From contig NZ_LT906458.1 in assembly GCF_900187275.1 (NCBI RefSeq), forward strand, positions 1,350,001-1,382,000: a stretch of DNA of 32,000 nucleotides. The letters run 5' to 3'. Position numbers and translations under genes: made by a program. The notes below the pieces were generated by a model, which was not told the DNA's origin, ran no database searches, and saw only the letters and a program-made list of their open reading frames with translations. The DNA is from Pasteurella multocida. Lineage in GTDB: Bacteria > Pseudomonadota > Gammaproteobacteria > Enterobacterales > Pasteurellaceae. Shown here in pieces: positions 9,093 to 17,917 of this stretch; the first letter of the stretch is position 1, and every line of letters starts with the position of its first letter.

Positions 9093-10571
9093 TTATTTCT
9101 CCGCAGGAAGTAAGCCTTTTTCACGGGCTTCTTTATCCCATTGAGGAACAACAGTTTTGAGGAATTCGGCTTTTGCCTTACGTTCTTTTTCAATATCCAC
9201 GCCTGTCGCTTTCCACGCATTTTCTGCCGTTGAAATATCTGGCAATTGCACAGGATCGGTAATGCCATGTTTGGCTAAGACACGCACTAATTTAGTTCTG
9301 GCATCAGCGGATTTATCCAAGCCTGTCCCAATCACTTTCAACAACACATCTGGTGCATGAATATGTCCACCATGTCCTGCTGCTGCATAATCCCAACGCC
9401 ATTGCGCATGACGGATATCTTGCAATGCCTCTTTCATTTCTTCTTTGGTCGCGCCGGCTTCCCAAGCTGCTTTCGCTTCAAAGTGTGCGGCAACCAATTG
9501 ATCTTCAAGACGTAACATCACATCTTTAATTTCGGTTTTACGTGATTTGACCATTGCTTGTAATTTTTCTTTGCTTTGGTCATGGCAGTTTGCACAAGTG
9601 TGTTCAAAGGCATTAAAAGGGTTACCGATTTGATGGTCAGTATAGACTTTACCGTCTGCGCCCTGTACTTTTGGCATATGGCAGTCAATACAAGTCACTC
9701 CATTTTTACCATGCACACCGAGCATCCAGGTTTCATAATCAGGGTGTTGTGCTTTTAACATTGGTGCTTTCGAAACAGCATGTGTCCAATCCACAAAACC
9801 GATGTCATCGTAATATTTCTCCATGGCGTCCACGGTGATACCGTTATCCCATGGAAACGTCACTTGTTTTAAATCACCCGCGAAATAGTATTCCACATGA
9901 CAGTTTGCACACAATGCAGCACGCTGATCTGTCCGGTCTGAGGTATCAAATTTATGATCAATTTTTTCTAAGGCACGTAACACGTAAGGACGCGCAATAC
10001 GTAAGGCAGGTTTGCCTTCCGCAAAGTCTTTTGAGGTGGTGTCATGACAATCTGCGCAGCCAATCGGGTTCACGACTTCTGAACCACCACTTGCCCATGT
10101 TGCCCCAAAATAACCCGCTTCACCGCGCTCAGCAATTAAGCGAGGCACATCGGGACTTTTACAAGACCAACATGCCATTGGCATTGGACCCGCATCAGGC
10201 GTCATAGGCGCTGCTGTACGTAAAATTTCTCTCACATCGGTTACCGCGTAGAAGTGTCCACGTGGTTTTTTATAATCTTTGGCAAACGCATAGCCTGCCC
10301 ATAGTACAATCACGCGAGGATCTTCATAGTTAACCGAATCAAGATCCGTCGATTTTGAGGTATCCGCCCAAGTTTGATATTGCTTTGGATATTTTTCTTT
10401 GAACAAATCGTTACGCGATTCAATTTTTAAACTTGGATTTGCTGGCTCAACCGGTTGTTCAATCGGTTTATATTCCGCTAGAACGGGCAATGTCACTGAG
10501 AGTCCCCAGATCATTGTCGTTGCAACGAATAAGCGTTTTTTCAATGTGTTCACGATAATCACTCCATTCAT
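9093..10571 (-). CDS. nrfA: NrfA, cytochrome c552 ammonia-forming nitrite reductase
   Basis: Catalytic CWSCK haem motif followed by CADCH, CANCH, CIDCH and CANCH, plus a signal peptide. Confidence 0.95.
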   Translation of the reverse strand: MNGVIIVNTLKKRLFVATTMIWGLSVTLPVLAEYKPIEQPVEPANPSLKIESRNDLFKEKYPKQYQTWADTSKSTDLDSVNYEDPRVIVLWAGYAFAKDYKKPRGHFYAVTDVREILRTAAPMTPDAGPMPMACWSCKSPDVPRLIAERGEAGYFGATWASGGSEVVNPIGCADCHDTTSKDFAEGKPALRIARPYVLRALEKIDHKFDTSDRTDQRAALCANCHVEYYFAGDLKQVTFPWDNGITVDAMEKYYDDIGFVDWTHAVSKAPMLKAQHPDYETWMLGVHGKNGVTCIDCHMPKVQGADGKVYTDHQIGNPFNAFEHTCANCHDQSKEKLQAMVKSRKTEIKDVMLRLEDQLVAAHFEAKAAWEAGATKEEMKEALQDIRHAQWRWDYAAAGHGGHIHAPDVLLKVIGTGLDKSADARTKLVRVLAKHGITDPVQLPDISTAENAWKATGVDIEKERKAKAEFLKTVVPQWDKEAREKGLLPAEK

Positions 10572-10645
10572 AGATTTAAACTTTAAATCACTTTGCCTAT
10601 ATAAAATGAATAAAAAAAACGACCAGACCTGCTCATCATCCTAAA

Positions 10646-10660
10646 TGATAATTTTTATCA
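10646..10660. promoter_or_regulatory. Fur-box-like inverted repeat upstream of nrfA
   Basis: TGATAATTTTTATCA differs at one position from the 7-1-7 Fur consensus TGATAATnATTATCA; lies about 75 bp upstream of the nrfA start. Confidence 0.4.
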
Positions 10661-10977
10661 TTAAAAACAACTAGCTAGCTGATAAAAAGAGAGTTCCTTA
10701 ATGTCGAAAAATAGCAAATAACCATACTTTTTGCTGAGGTATTTCGCACTTTTTTGCGCTTGATCAAAATTTCATTCAGAAAGCAATCAAAAATGGAAAT
10801 GTGTAGCATATAAAATACCTCTAAATAAGTAGAAAAAAGCCTTAAAACCCAAATAAGAAAGGCGTTTAGGTAACAATTTTGGTGAGAAACGAAAAAGATA
10901 CCCATTTAGAGTTATTTGATAACAATGCTACATAAAAAAGAAAAGAGAGGGGATAAAATAATATAACTAAAAGCAAT

Positions 10978-11006
10978 AAAAAATGTCCCCTCATCAAGGG
11001 GACACT
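10978..11006 (-). terminator. Rho-independent terminator of the protein E-like gene
   Basis: Minus-strand read TGTCCCCcttgatgaGGGGACATTTTTT: 7-bp GC-rich stem plus T-tract, just after the stop at 11034. Confidence 0.75.
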
Positions 11007-11033
11007 GTTTCATTAATTCTCCGTGAATGCCTA

Positions 11034-11510
11034 TTAATTTCGATAAATCCCTTTACAAATGACTTGTCCGAGAATCTTGTGTGGCGAGTGCATATAATGT
11101 TTTGCTAAAGAAAGATGCTGTATTTGGGTCGATGACGCCTCGCCTTTTCCCCAAAAATCTGCATGATAGGTCGCGCTGACTAAGGCTAAACCATGACTTT
11201 CACAATTGACAAAATACACTTGTCGCAATGATTTCGCATAACGTTCGGGCTGCTCAGGATAAGCATAAACGGCTTTTTCAAAATTCTCTACAACATCAAA
11301 ATGCACTTGGTTTGGATTTAAAGGATCTTTTTTCACACGCTGCGCATCAATAAATTGATTAGGATTTTGTTCTAGTCTGACAAAACCAGACTCAATGAGT
11401 GTAGGCAAAGTCAATACAATTTCTGGTGGTTGTGGTTTCTCGACAGGCACAGGCGCGTTACAAGCAACTAAGCCAAACATGCTGATCATCATAAATCCCC
11501 ATTTCTTCAT
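11034..11510 (-). CDS. Lipoprotein resembling Haemophilus surface adhesin protein E
   Basis: Lipobox MKKWGFMMISMFGLVACN (ATG at 11510); body GFVRLEQNPNQFIDAQRV...VHFDVVENFEKAVYAYPEQPERYAKSLRQVYFVNCES...DFWGKGE...QVICKG matches the pattern of NTHi protein E as recalled, including both cysteines. Confidence 0.75.
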   Translation of the reverse strand: MKKWGFMMISMFGLVACNAPVPVEKPQPPEIVLTLPTLIESGFVRLEQNPNQFIDAQRVKKDPLNPNQVHFDVVENFEKAVYAYPEQPERYAKSLRQVYFVNCESHGLALVSATYHADFWGKGEASSTQIQHLSLAKHYMHSPHKILGQVICKGIYRN

Positions 11511-11680
11511 TACTGACTCCTTTGACACTACCTGCGAGTGCTTTGCGAGATAAAAAAGTACACATTGATACGATGCCCACTATTCTAACGAGAGAAACAA
11601 AGGAGCAAAAGCCTTTTTATCGCTTTTTATTGTGCAAAAGACAAAACAACCTGACGCGTAAAAATTCTTAAACAACTATC

Positions 11681-11695
11681 GCAAACGTTTGCTTA
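11681..11695. promoter_or_regulatory. PurR-type operator
   Basis: CGCAAACGTTTGCTT matches the purine repressor consensus CGCAAACGTTTGCnT, 58 bp upstream of purM. Confidence 0.8.
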
Positions 11696-11752
11696 GGCAT
11701 GCTACAATTTAGCAGATTTAAATTTATTTTCTCTAACTTATAGGAAATCATT

Positions 11753-12790
11753 GTGAGCAAACAATCATTAAGTTACAAAGATGCTGGCGTTGATATCAAT
11801 GCCGGTAATGCTTTAGTCGAAAAAATCAAAGCCGATGTCAAACGCACAACCCGCCCTGAAGTCATCGGTGGCCTAGGCGGTTTTGGTGCTTTATGTGCGA
11901 TACCAACAAAATACAAAGAACCGATTTTAGTTTCTGGCACAGATGGTGTGGGAACCAAACTGCGTTTAGCGATTGATTTAAATCGTCATGATAGTATTGG
12001 TATTGATTTGGTCGCGATGTGTGTTAATGACCTTGTAGTACAAGGCGCAGAACCGTTATTCTTTTTAGATTATTATGCTACCGGTAAATTAGATGTGGAT
12101 GTTGCTGCCAGTGTAATTAGAGGCATTGCTAACGGTTGTGAACAATCTGGCTGTGCATTGGTAGGGGGAGAAACCGCTGAAATGCCGGGAATGTATCATG
12201 CTGGTGATTATGACTTAGCAGGATTTTGTGTCGGTGTCGTCGAAAAGTCAGAGATCATTGATGGCAGTAAAGTCCGCGTAGGTGACGTATTAATCGCCTT
12301 AGGATCAAGTGGTCCACATTCAAATGGTTATTCTTTAATTCGTAAGGTCATTGAGGTAGCAGGCATCAATCCAGCAGAAGAACAACTCGCAGGTAAACCA
12401 CTTGCGGATCAAGTGCTTGCATCAACTAAAATTTATGTCAAATCTATTCTACAATTAATTAAACACGCCGATGTCCATGCAATTTGTCATTTAACTGGCG
12501 GTGGTTTCTGGGAAAATATTCCACGTGTCCTTCCAAAAAATGTTAAAGCTGTCATCGATGAAAGCAGCTGGGAATGGCAACCTGTCTTCAAATGGTTACA
12601 AGAAAAAGGCAATATTGACACCCATGAAATGTATCGTACCTTCAACTGTGGCGTGGGCATGATTATTGCATTACCACAAGAAGATGTGGATACGGCACTT
12701 GGCTTATTAAAACAAACAGGTGAAAAAGCTTGGGTCATTGGTCAAATTGAACACGCCACTGATGGCGAAGAACAAGTGATTATTCGCTAA
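11753..12790 (+). CDS. purM: Phosphoribosylformylglycinamidine cyclo-ligase (GTG start)
   Basis: 345 aa: [41 protein letters not shown]-like ([14 protein letters not shown]), [16 protein letters not shown]. Confidence 0.96.
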   Translation: MSKQSLSYKDAGVDINAGNALVEKIKADVKRTTRPEVIGGLGGFGALCAIPTKYKEPILVSGTDGVGTKLRLAIDLNRHDSIGIDLVAMCVNDLVVQGAEPLFFLDYYATGKLDVDVAASVIRGIANGCEQSGCALVGGETAEMPGMYHAGDYDLAGFCVGVVEKSEIIDGSKVRVGDVLIALGSSGPHSNGYSLIRKVIEVAGINPAEEQLAGKPLADQVLASTKIYVKSILQLIKHADVHAICHLTGGGFWENIPRVLPKNVKAVIDESSWEWQPVFKWLQEKGNIDTHEMYRTFNCGVGMIIALPQEDVDTALGLLKQTGEKAWVIGQIEHATDGEEQVIIR

Positions 12791-13431
12791 TGAAAAAAAT
12801 TGTTGTTTTAGTGTCAGGACATGGCAGTAATTTACAGGCATTAATCGATGCCTGTCATAGCGGACAGATTGCAGGTAAAATCGTTGCTGTCATCAGTAAT
12901 CAAGCGGAAGCTTATGCTTTAGAGCGAGCTCAAAGCGCGTCCATTCCAAGTAAAGTGTTTTTACGCAAAGATTTTGCTAATAACCGCGCTATGGATGAGC
13001 AAATTGGTCATTATATTGAATCTGTCCAAGCCGATTTGATCGTACTCGCAGGCTATATGAAAATTTTAAGTCCTGCGTTTACTCAACGTTTTGCTGGCAA
13101 AATTCTCAATATTCATCCTTCGCTTCTCCCTAAATACCCGGGTCTCAATACTTATCAGCAAGCCCTCGATGCAGGTGAGCGCGAACATGGTACCTCAGTC
13201 CATTTTGTGAATGAAGAGGTGGATGCAGGTGCCGTCATTTTACAAGCGAAAGTGCCTATCTTTGCTGAAGACCGTATTAAAGACATTGAGCAACGTGTCA
13301 AAGCGCAAGAGTTACGCATTTATCCTTTAGTCGTCAAATGGTTTGTAGAGGAACGTTTAACGTTGATCGGTGAACATGCTTTCCTTGATGGCAAACAATT
13401 GCCCCCACAAGGGTATGCGATGGAAGAATAA
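12790..13431 (+). CDS. purN: Phosphoribosylglycinamide formyltransferase
   Basis: 213 aa: VLVSGHGSNLQALIDA, LAGYMKILSPAF, ILNIHPSLLPKYPGLNTYQQAL; overlaps the purM stop by 1 bp. Confidence 0.96.
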   Translation: MKKIVVLVSGHGSNLQALIDACHSGQIAGKIVAVISNQAEAYALERAQSASIPSKVFLRKDFANNRAMDEQIGHYIESVQADLIVLAGYMKILSPAFTQRFAGKILNIHPSLLPKYPGLNTYQQALDAGEREHGTSVHFVNEEVDAGAVILQAKVPIFAEDRIKDIEQRVKAQELRIYPLVVKWFVEERLTLIGEHAFLDGKQLPPQGYAMEE

Positions 13432-13443
13432 ATTGTTTAAAAA

Positions 13444-13473
13444 AAGTGCGGTCTGTTTTCAGACCGTTTTTTT
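13444..13473 (+). terminator. Uptake-signal-containing rho-independent terminator after purN
   Basis: AAGTGCGGTCTGttttCAGACCGTTTTTTT: stem CGGTCTG/CAGACCG with a T-tract, beginning within the uptake signal AAGTGCGGT. Confidence 0.85.
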
Positions 13474-13578
13474 ATGCTTAAAAAATATAAAATTAGCCAA
13501 GTCTCTAACTATCAATTTTTTAGATTATGTTTTAAAATTTAATGATTTTATTTTTCACCCACCCAAAAGGAGCCTACC

Positions 13579-14205
13579 ATGAAATTAGTCCAAGTACAGC
13601 ATCCGCTGGTCAAACATAAATTAGGTCTAATGCGTTCAGCTGAGATTAATACGAAAAAATTCCGCGAATTAGCAACAGAAGTAGGCAGTTTATTAACATA
13701 CGAGGCTACCGCTGACTTAGAAACAGAAAAAGTGATCATTGATGGTTGGTGCGGTCCCGTCGAAATTGATCAAATTAAAGGGAAAAAAGTCACTGTTGTT
13801 CCTATTTTACGAGCAGGATTAGGGATGATGGACGGGGTTTTAGAACATGTGCCAAGCGCCCGTATTAGCGTCGTGGGGATGTATCGTGATGAAGAAACCC
13901 TTGAACCTGTTCCCTATTTCCAAAAACTCGCCAGTGATTTAGAAGAACGCTTAGCTATTGTGGTTGACCCAATGCTTGCCACCGGCGGCTCTATGATTGC
14001 GACAATCGATCTTCTAAAAGCGAAAGGCTGTAAACACATTAAAGTGCTCGTGTTAGTCGCCGCGCCTGAAGGCATTAAAGCATTAGAAGCTGCGCACCCT
14101 GATATCGAATTATATACCGCATCAGTTGATAGTCACTTAAATGAACAAGGCTATATTATTCCAGGTCTTGGTGATGCCGGTGATAAAATTTTTGGCACTA
14201 AATAA
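13579..14205 (+). CDS. upp: Uracil phosphoribosyltransferase
   Basis: 208 aa: [66 protein letters not shown]. Confidence 0.97.
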   Translation: MKLVQVQHPLVKHKLGLMRSAEINTKKFRELATEVGSLLTYEATADLETEKVIIDGWCGPVEIDQIKGKKVTVVPILRAGLGMMDGVLEHVPSARISVVGMYRDEETLEPVPYFQKLASDLEERLAIVVDPMLATGGSMIATIDLLKAKGCKHIKVLVLVAAPEGIKALEAAHPDIELYTASVDSHLNEQGYIIPGLGDAGDKIFGTK

Positions 14206-14214
14206 TCCCAACAC

Positions 14215-14240
14215 AAGCGGCATCTTATGCCGCTTTTTTC
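14215..14240 (+). terminator. Rho-independent terminator after upp
   Basis: AAGCGGCATcttATGCCGCTTTTTT: 9-bp stem, 3-nt loop and T-tract. Confidence 0.8.
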
Positions 14241-14324
14241 CGTTCAATTTATAGCGCTTACAATCTTAACAGCTTGAACACTATAAAATGAAAAGTTAAT
14301 TCAGACAGAGAGTTGAAACTTAAC

Positions 14325-15578
14325 ATGACAAATCAAAATCCCCCTGTTCTTCTAGAACAAAATCACGCAAAACAAGCCTTCGTTGGGCTACAAATGCTTT
14401 TTGTTGCCTTCGGTGCTTTAGTCCTTGTTCCCCTGATTACGGGTTTAAATGCCAATACTGCCTTATTGACCGCAGGGATTGGGACACTCTTATTCCAACT
14501 TTGTACTGGACGCCAAGTCCCAATTTTCTTAGCCTCTTCCTTTGCTTTTATTGCACCAATTCAATATGGCGTGGCAACATGGGGCATTGCTACTACTATG
14601 GGGGGGCTGGTGTTTACTGGACTGGTTTATTTTGCCCTCAGTACGTTAGTCAAAATTAAAGGTGCTGGTGCTTTACAAAAAGTCTTTCCGCCAGTAGTTG
14701 TTGGTCCCGTTATTATCATCATCGGTATGGGACTTGCCCCTGTTGCCGTGGACATGGCATTAGGTAAAAACAGCACTTATCAATATAACGATGCCGTATT
14801 CGTTTCGATGGCAACATTATTGACAACGTTAGGTGTTGCGGTGTTTGCTAAAGGCATGATGAAATTAATTCCTATCATGTTTGGTATTGTCGTCGGCTAT
14901 ATCCTCTGCTTATTCTTAGGCTTAATTAATTTCCAACCTGTCATTGATGCACCTTGGTTTAGTGTGCCAGAAATTACTACCCCTGAATTTAAATTAGAAG
15001 CTATTCTTTATTTATTACCGATTGCTATCGCCCCAGCAGTTGAGCATGTCGGTGGGATCATGGCAATCAGTTCGGTGACAGGGAAAGACTTCCTACAAAA
15101 ACCAGGATTACATCGCACTTTATTAGGGGATGGTATTGCAACGAGTGCCGCCTCATTCTTAGGAGGACCACCTAATACAACTTATGCTGAAGTCACTGGT
15201 GCTGTCATGCTTACGCGCAACTTTAACCCTAAAATCATGACATGGGCAGCCGTTTGGGCAATTGCGATTTCCTTCTGTGGTAAAGTCGGGGCTTTCCTCT
15301 CTACCATTCCAACTATTGTCATGGGTGGCATTATGATGTTAGTGTTTGGCTCTATCGCCGTAGTCGGTATGAGTACACTGATCCGTGGTAAAGTGGATGT
15401 AACAGAAGCGCGTAATCTGTGTATTATTTCCGTTGTGATGACGTTTGGCATCGGTGGTATGTTTGTGAACTTTGGAGAAGTCTCCTTAAAAGGGATTAGT
15501 TTATGCGCCGTTGTCGCGATTTTACTCAACTTAATCTTACCCAAAGCCAAAAACACCCCAATAGAAGAAAATCGATAA
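14325..15578 (+). CDS. uraA: Uracil permease (NCS2 family)
   Basis: Polytopic protein with NTTYAEVTGAV and IPTIVMGGIMMLVFG; located after upp. The ATG at 14325 is preferred over the track start, which is a TTG at 14313. Confidence 0.93.
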   Translation: MTNQNPPVLLEQNHAKQAFVGLQMLFVAFGALVLVPLITGLNANTALLTAGIGTLLFQLCTGRQVPIFLASSFAFIAPIQYGVATWGIATTMGGLVFTGLVYFALSTLVKIKGAGALQKVFPPVVVGPVIIIIGMGLAPVAVDMALGKNSTYQYNDAVFVSMATLLTTLGVAVFAKGMMKLIPIMFGIVVGYILCLFLGLINFQPVIDAPWFSVPEITTPEFKLEAILYLLPIAIAPAVEHVGGIMAISSVTGKDFLQKPGLHRTLLGDGIATSAASFLGGPPNTTYAEVTGAVMLTRNFNPKIMTWAAVWAIAISFCGKVGAFLSTIPTIVMGGIMMLVFGSIAVVGMSTLIRGKVDVTEARNLCIISVVMTFGIGGMFVNFGEVSLKGISLCAVVAILLNLILPKAKNTPIEENR

Positions 15579-15587
15579 GAGAAAATT

Positions 15588-15620
15588 AAGGGTTAAGTCT
15601 TGCTTAACCCTTCATTTTTC
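15588..15620 (+). terminator. Rho-independent terminator after uraA
   Basis: AAGGGTTAAGtcttgCTTAACCCTTcatttttc: perfect 10-bp stem plus T-rich tail. Confidence 0.75.
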
Positions 15621-15662
15621 GTTTATCCTTATTCTCCTTTTTTCGATTTTGTAGGTTGCTTT

Positions 15663-16364
15663 TTGTTAGAAAATTTCCAATTACCTTTGCCTATTCATCA
15701 ACTCGATGATGAAACGCTGGATAATTTCTATCCCGACAATAATTTATTGTTGCTCAATTCGCTACGCAAAAATTTTACTTGTCTAACACAACAATTTTTT
15801 TATATTTGGGGCGAGCAAAGCAGTGGTAAAAGTCACCTCTTAAAAGGCATTACTCATCATTTTTTCCTTTTACAGCGCCCCGCTATCTATGTGCCCTTAG
15901 AAAAATCCCAATATTTCTCACCGGCGGTACTCGAAAACTTAGAACAACAACAATTGGTTTGTTTAGATAATTTACAGGCAATTATAGGCAATACTGAATG
16001 GGAATTAGCGATTTTTGATTTATTTAATCGCATAAAATCTGTTGAAAATACACTGCTTGTGATCAGTGCAAATCAATCCCCAACTGCATTACCTGTAAGT
16101 TTACCTGACTTAGCTTCACGTTTACGCTGGGGAGAAAGCTATCAGCTGGTCCCCTTAAATGATCAACAAAAAATCCATGTATTGCAAAAAAATGCACATC
16201 AACGTGGTATCGAACTCCCCGATGAAGTAGCTAATTTTCTTTTGAAACGCTTAGAGCGCGATATGAAAACGTTATTTGAAGCACTAAGTAAATTAGATAA
16301 AGCATCATTACAAGCCCAACGTAAATTAACGATTCCCTTTGTAAAAGAAATTTTAAAGCTATAA
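15663..16364 (+). CDS. hda: Hda/DnaA-like regulatory inactivation protein (probable TTG start)
   Basis: LENFQLPLPIHQLDDETLDNFYPDNN, GEQSSGKSHLLKG Walker A, LVCLDNLQ. The track start (15600) lies in the uraA terminator, so TTG at 15663 is inferred. Confidence 0.85.
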   Translation: MLENFQLPLPIHQLDDETLDNFYPDNNLLLLNSLRKNFTCLTQQFFYIWGEQSSGKSHLLKGITHHFFLLQRPAIYVPLEKSQYFSPAVLENLEQQQLVCLDNLQAIIGNTEWELAIFDLFNRIKSVENTLLVISANQSPTALPVSLPDLASRLRWGESYQLVPLNDQQKIHVLQKNAHQRGIELPDEVANFLLKRLERDMKTLFEALSKLDKASLQAQRKLTIPFVKEILKL

Positions 16365-16396
16365 AAAAAGACCACCTCTTTATCAGGTGATCTTTC
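16363..16396. terminator. Bidirectional-looking terminator between hda and the convergent lipoprotein gene
   Basis: Minus-strand read AAGATCACCTgataaaGAGGTGGTCTTTTTTT; stem with one G-T pair and T-tract. Confidence 0.65.
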
Positions 16397-16418
16397 TTGT
16401 CAACTAAACGTATTTTGT

Positions 16419-16721
16419 TTAGTTTGTTTTAATATAATGACGGCTATATTGATAACTTACTGTTGGTAAGAAAAGCAACGGCACTGGGTGTAATCTAGAA
16501 CGACGTTCTACGACTTTTGGCTGAGTATCACTTAAGTTAGCTTGATGCTCAACTTCTTTTGAATACGCCTGCTTTTGCGATGGGTCAACTGTATTTCCGC
16601 TTTTCACGCGTTGGTTATATTCTTCTAATGTTTTTAAATCCATTTGTGCACTTTCCACATTTTTTTGTGCGACACAACCCACAAGAAATAAAGCTGGTAA
16701 TAATAAGATTAATTTTTTCAT
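16419..16721 (-). CDS. Small predicted lipoprotein of unknown function
   Basis: 100 aa with lipobox MKKLILLLPALFLVGC followed by a polar body. Confidence 0.65.
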   Translation of the reverse strand: MKKLILLLPALFLVGCVAQKNVESAQMDLKTLEEYNQRVKSGNTVDPSQKQAYSKEVEHQANLSDTQPKVVERRSRLHPVPLLFLPTVSYQYSRHYIKTN

Positions 16722-16744
16722 AGATTTTCCTTAATAAACTATGC

Positions 16745-17368
16745 CTAAATGACTTTACGACATATCACATGGGATAAAATCGTTTTTCTATTTTCAATAT
16801 TTTTACTTGCTAAATTTTTCCCTTTCTTATTTTCTTCATCCTGCACTTTTTTCGCTAATTCAGGATTTTGAATATAAAAAACAGGTACATACTGCATATT
16901 TTTTGAATCTTCATTAGACAACACGGTGGCTGTTGCAATATTGGTGTAATATTCCTCTTTATTCACAGGGATCACATAATATGTTGTTGCATCAGTCACT
17001 TCCACACCTAGTCTTGAGTGGAAACCTTGGCAAATGCCTGCACCAGACTCAAAAATAGTATGCGAAGATTTCGTTTCATTAATTTGAAATACTTCAAACT
17101 CAATACTGCTTCCTAATGCTTTCGCATCTTGCTCATCTGCAGAAGGATTTAATTGACGAGTAAAATCACGATTCACATAAGTTACTTTTGTATTTTTCTC
17201 GCTCTTAGGAGAGCTTTCCAATAGAGGCATTGTGTGTTCGCTCTCTACTGTGTCATGATAACCATAAGTCCGACTCACCTCGTCCTCAGAAATACGAATA
17301 GACCAAGACTCAGCAAAAGCCAACGTTGGTAATAACAGACTTAATAAGAACGATACATTAAAACGCAT
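16745..17368 (-). CDS. Predicted exported protein of unknown function
   Basis: 207 aa with signal peptide MRFNVSFLLSLLLPTLAFA-ESW; a two-cysteine pattern (GICQG...VICRK) in the C-terminal half. Confidence 0.65.
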   Translation of the reverse strand: MRFNVSFLLSLLLPTLAFAESWSIRISEDEVSRTYGYHDTVESEHTMPLLESSPKSEKNTKVTYVNRDFTRQLNPSADEQDAKALGSSIEFEVFQINETKSSHTIFESGAGICQGFHSRLGVEVTDATTYYVIPVNKEEYYTNIATATVLSNEDSKNMQYVPVFYIQNPELAKKVQDEENKKGKNLASKNIENRKTILSHVICRKVI

Positions 17369-17379
17369 ATTTTCATCTC

Positions 17380-17784
17380 TTACATTTCATAGAGTTCTAA
17401 AGGCAAATCATCAGGATCCCGTAGAAACGTAAAACGCTTACCTGTTATCGGATCAACCCTAACGGGTTCACATTCGATATGTTTATCACGTAGAAAATCA
17501 ATAAAACGATCAAGTTGTTCTACTCGGAAAGCTAAGTGACGTAAACCACAAGCTTCAGGATAAGTTAAACGCGTAGGAGAATCTGGAAAAGAAAACAATT
17601 CAATCTGACTACCATCGCGACAACGTAAATCCAATTTATAGCTATTTCGTTCAGATCGATAAGTTTCGTGAATAATTTCTGTACCTAAAATGGTCGTATA
17701 AAAATCTTTCGATTTTAAATAATCAGACGCAATGATAGCAACATGATGAAAGCCTACGATTGACAACGTAATTTCACTCCCCAT
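17380..17784 (-). CDS. VOC/glyoxalase-superfamily protein (YaeR/GloA2-like)
   Basis: 134 aa: GFHHVAIIASDYLKSKDFYTTILG, GLRHLAFRV, FTFLRDPDDLPLELYE. Confidence 0.85.
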   Translation of the reverse strand: MGSEITLSIVGFHHVAIIASDYLKSKDFYTTILGTEIIHETYRSERNSYKLDLRCRDGSQIELFSFPDSPTRLTYPEACGLRHLAFRVEQLDRFIDFLRDKHIECEPVRVDPITGKRFTFLRDPDDLPLELYEM

Positions 17785-17917
17785 CTAAAATTGATGGACT
17801 AATTATACACATTTTAAAATCAATGTAAAATAAATAGCGCCCTCTCCCGTTTCAACAAAGAAGGCACTCACTATCGACTTTATCAGCATATAACGCGACA
17901 TTTTCGTGATCGCTTAC

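Noticed and set aside
10748-10765. TTGATCAAAAT as a possible FNR site for nrfA
   Set aside because: It lacks the N4-spaced second half-site of TTGAT-N4-ATCAA and lies about 180 bp from the start codon; not supported as an FNR box.
10675-10905. 76-aa minus-strand ORF in the nrfA upstream gap
   Set aside because: AT-rich, hydrophobic start but no convincing ribosome-binding site or family; treated as unsupported.
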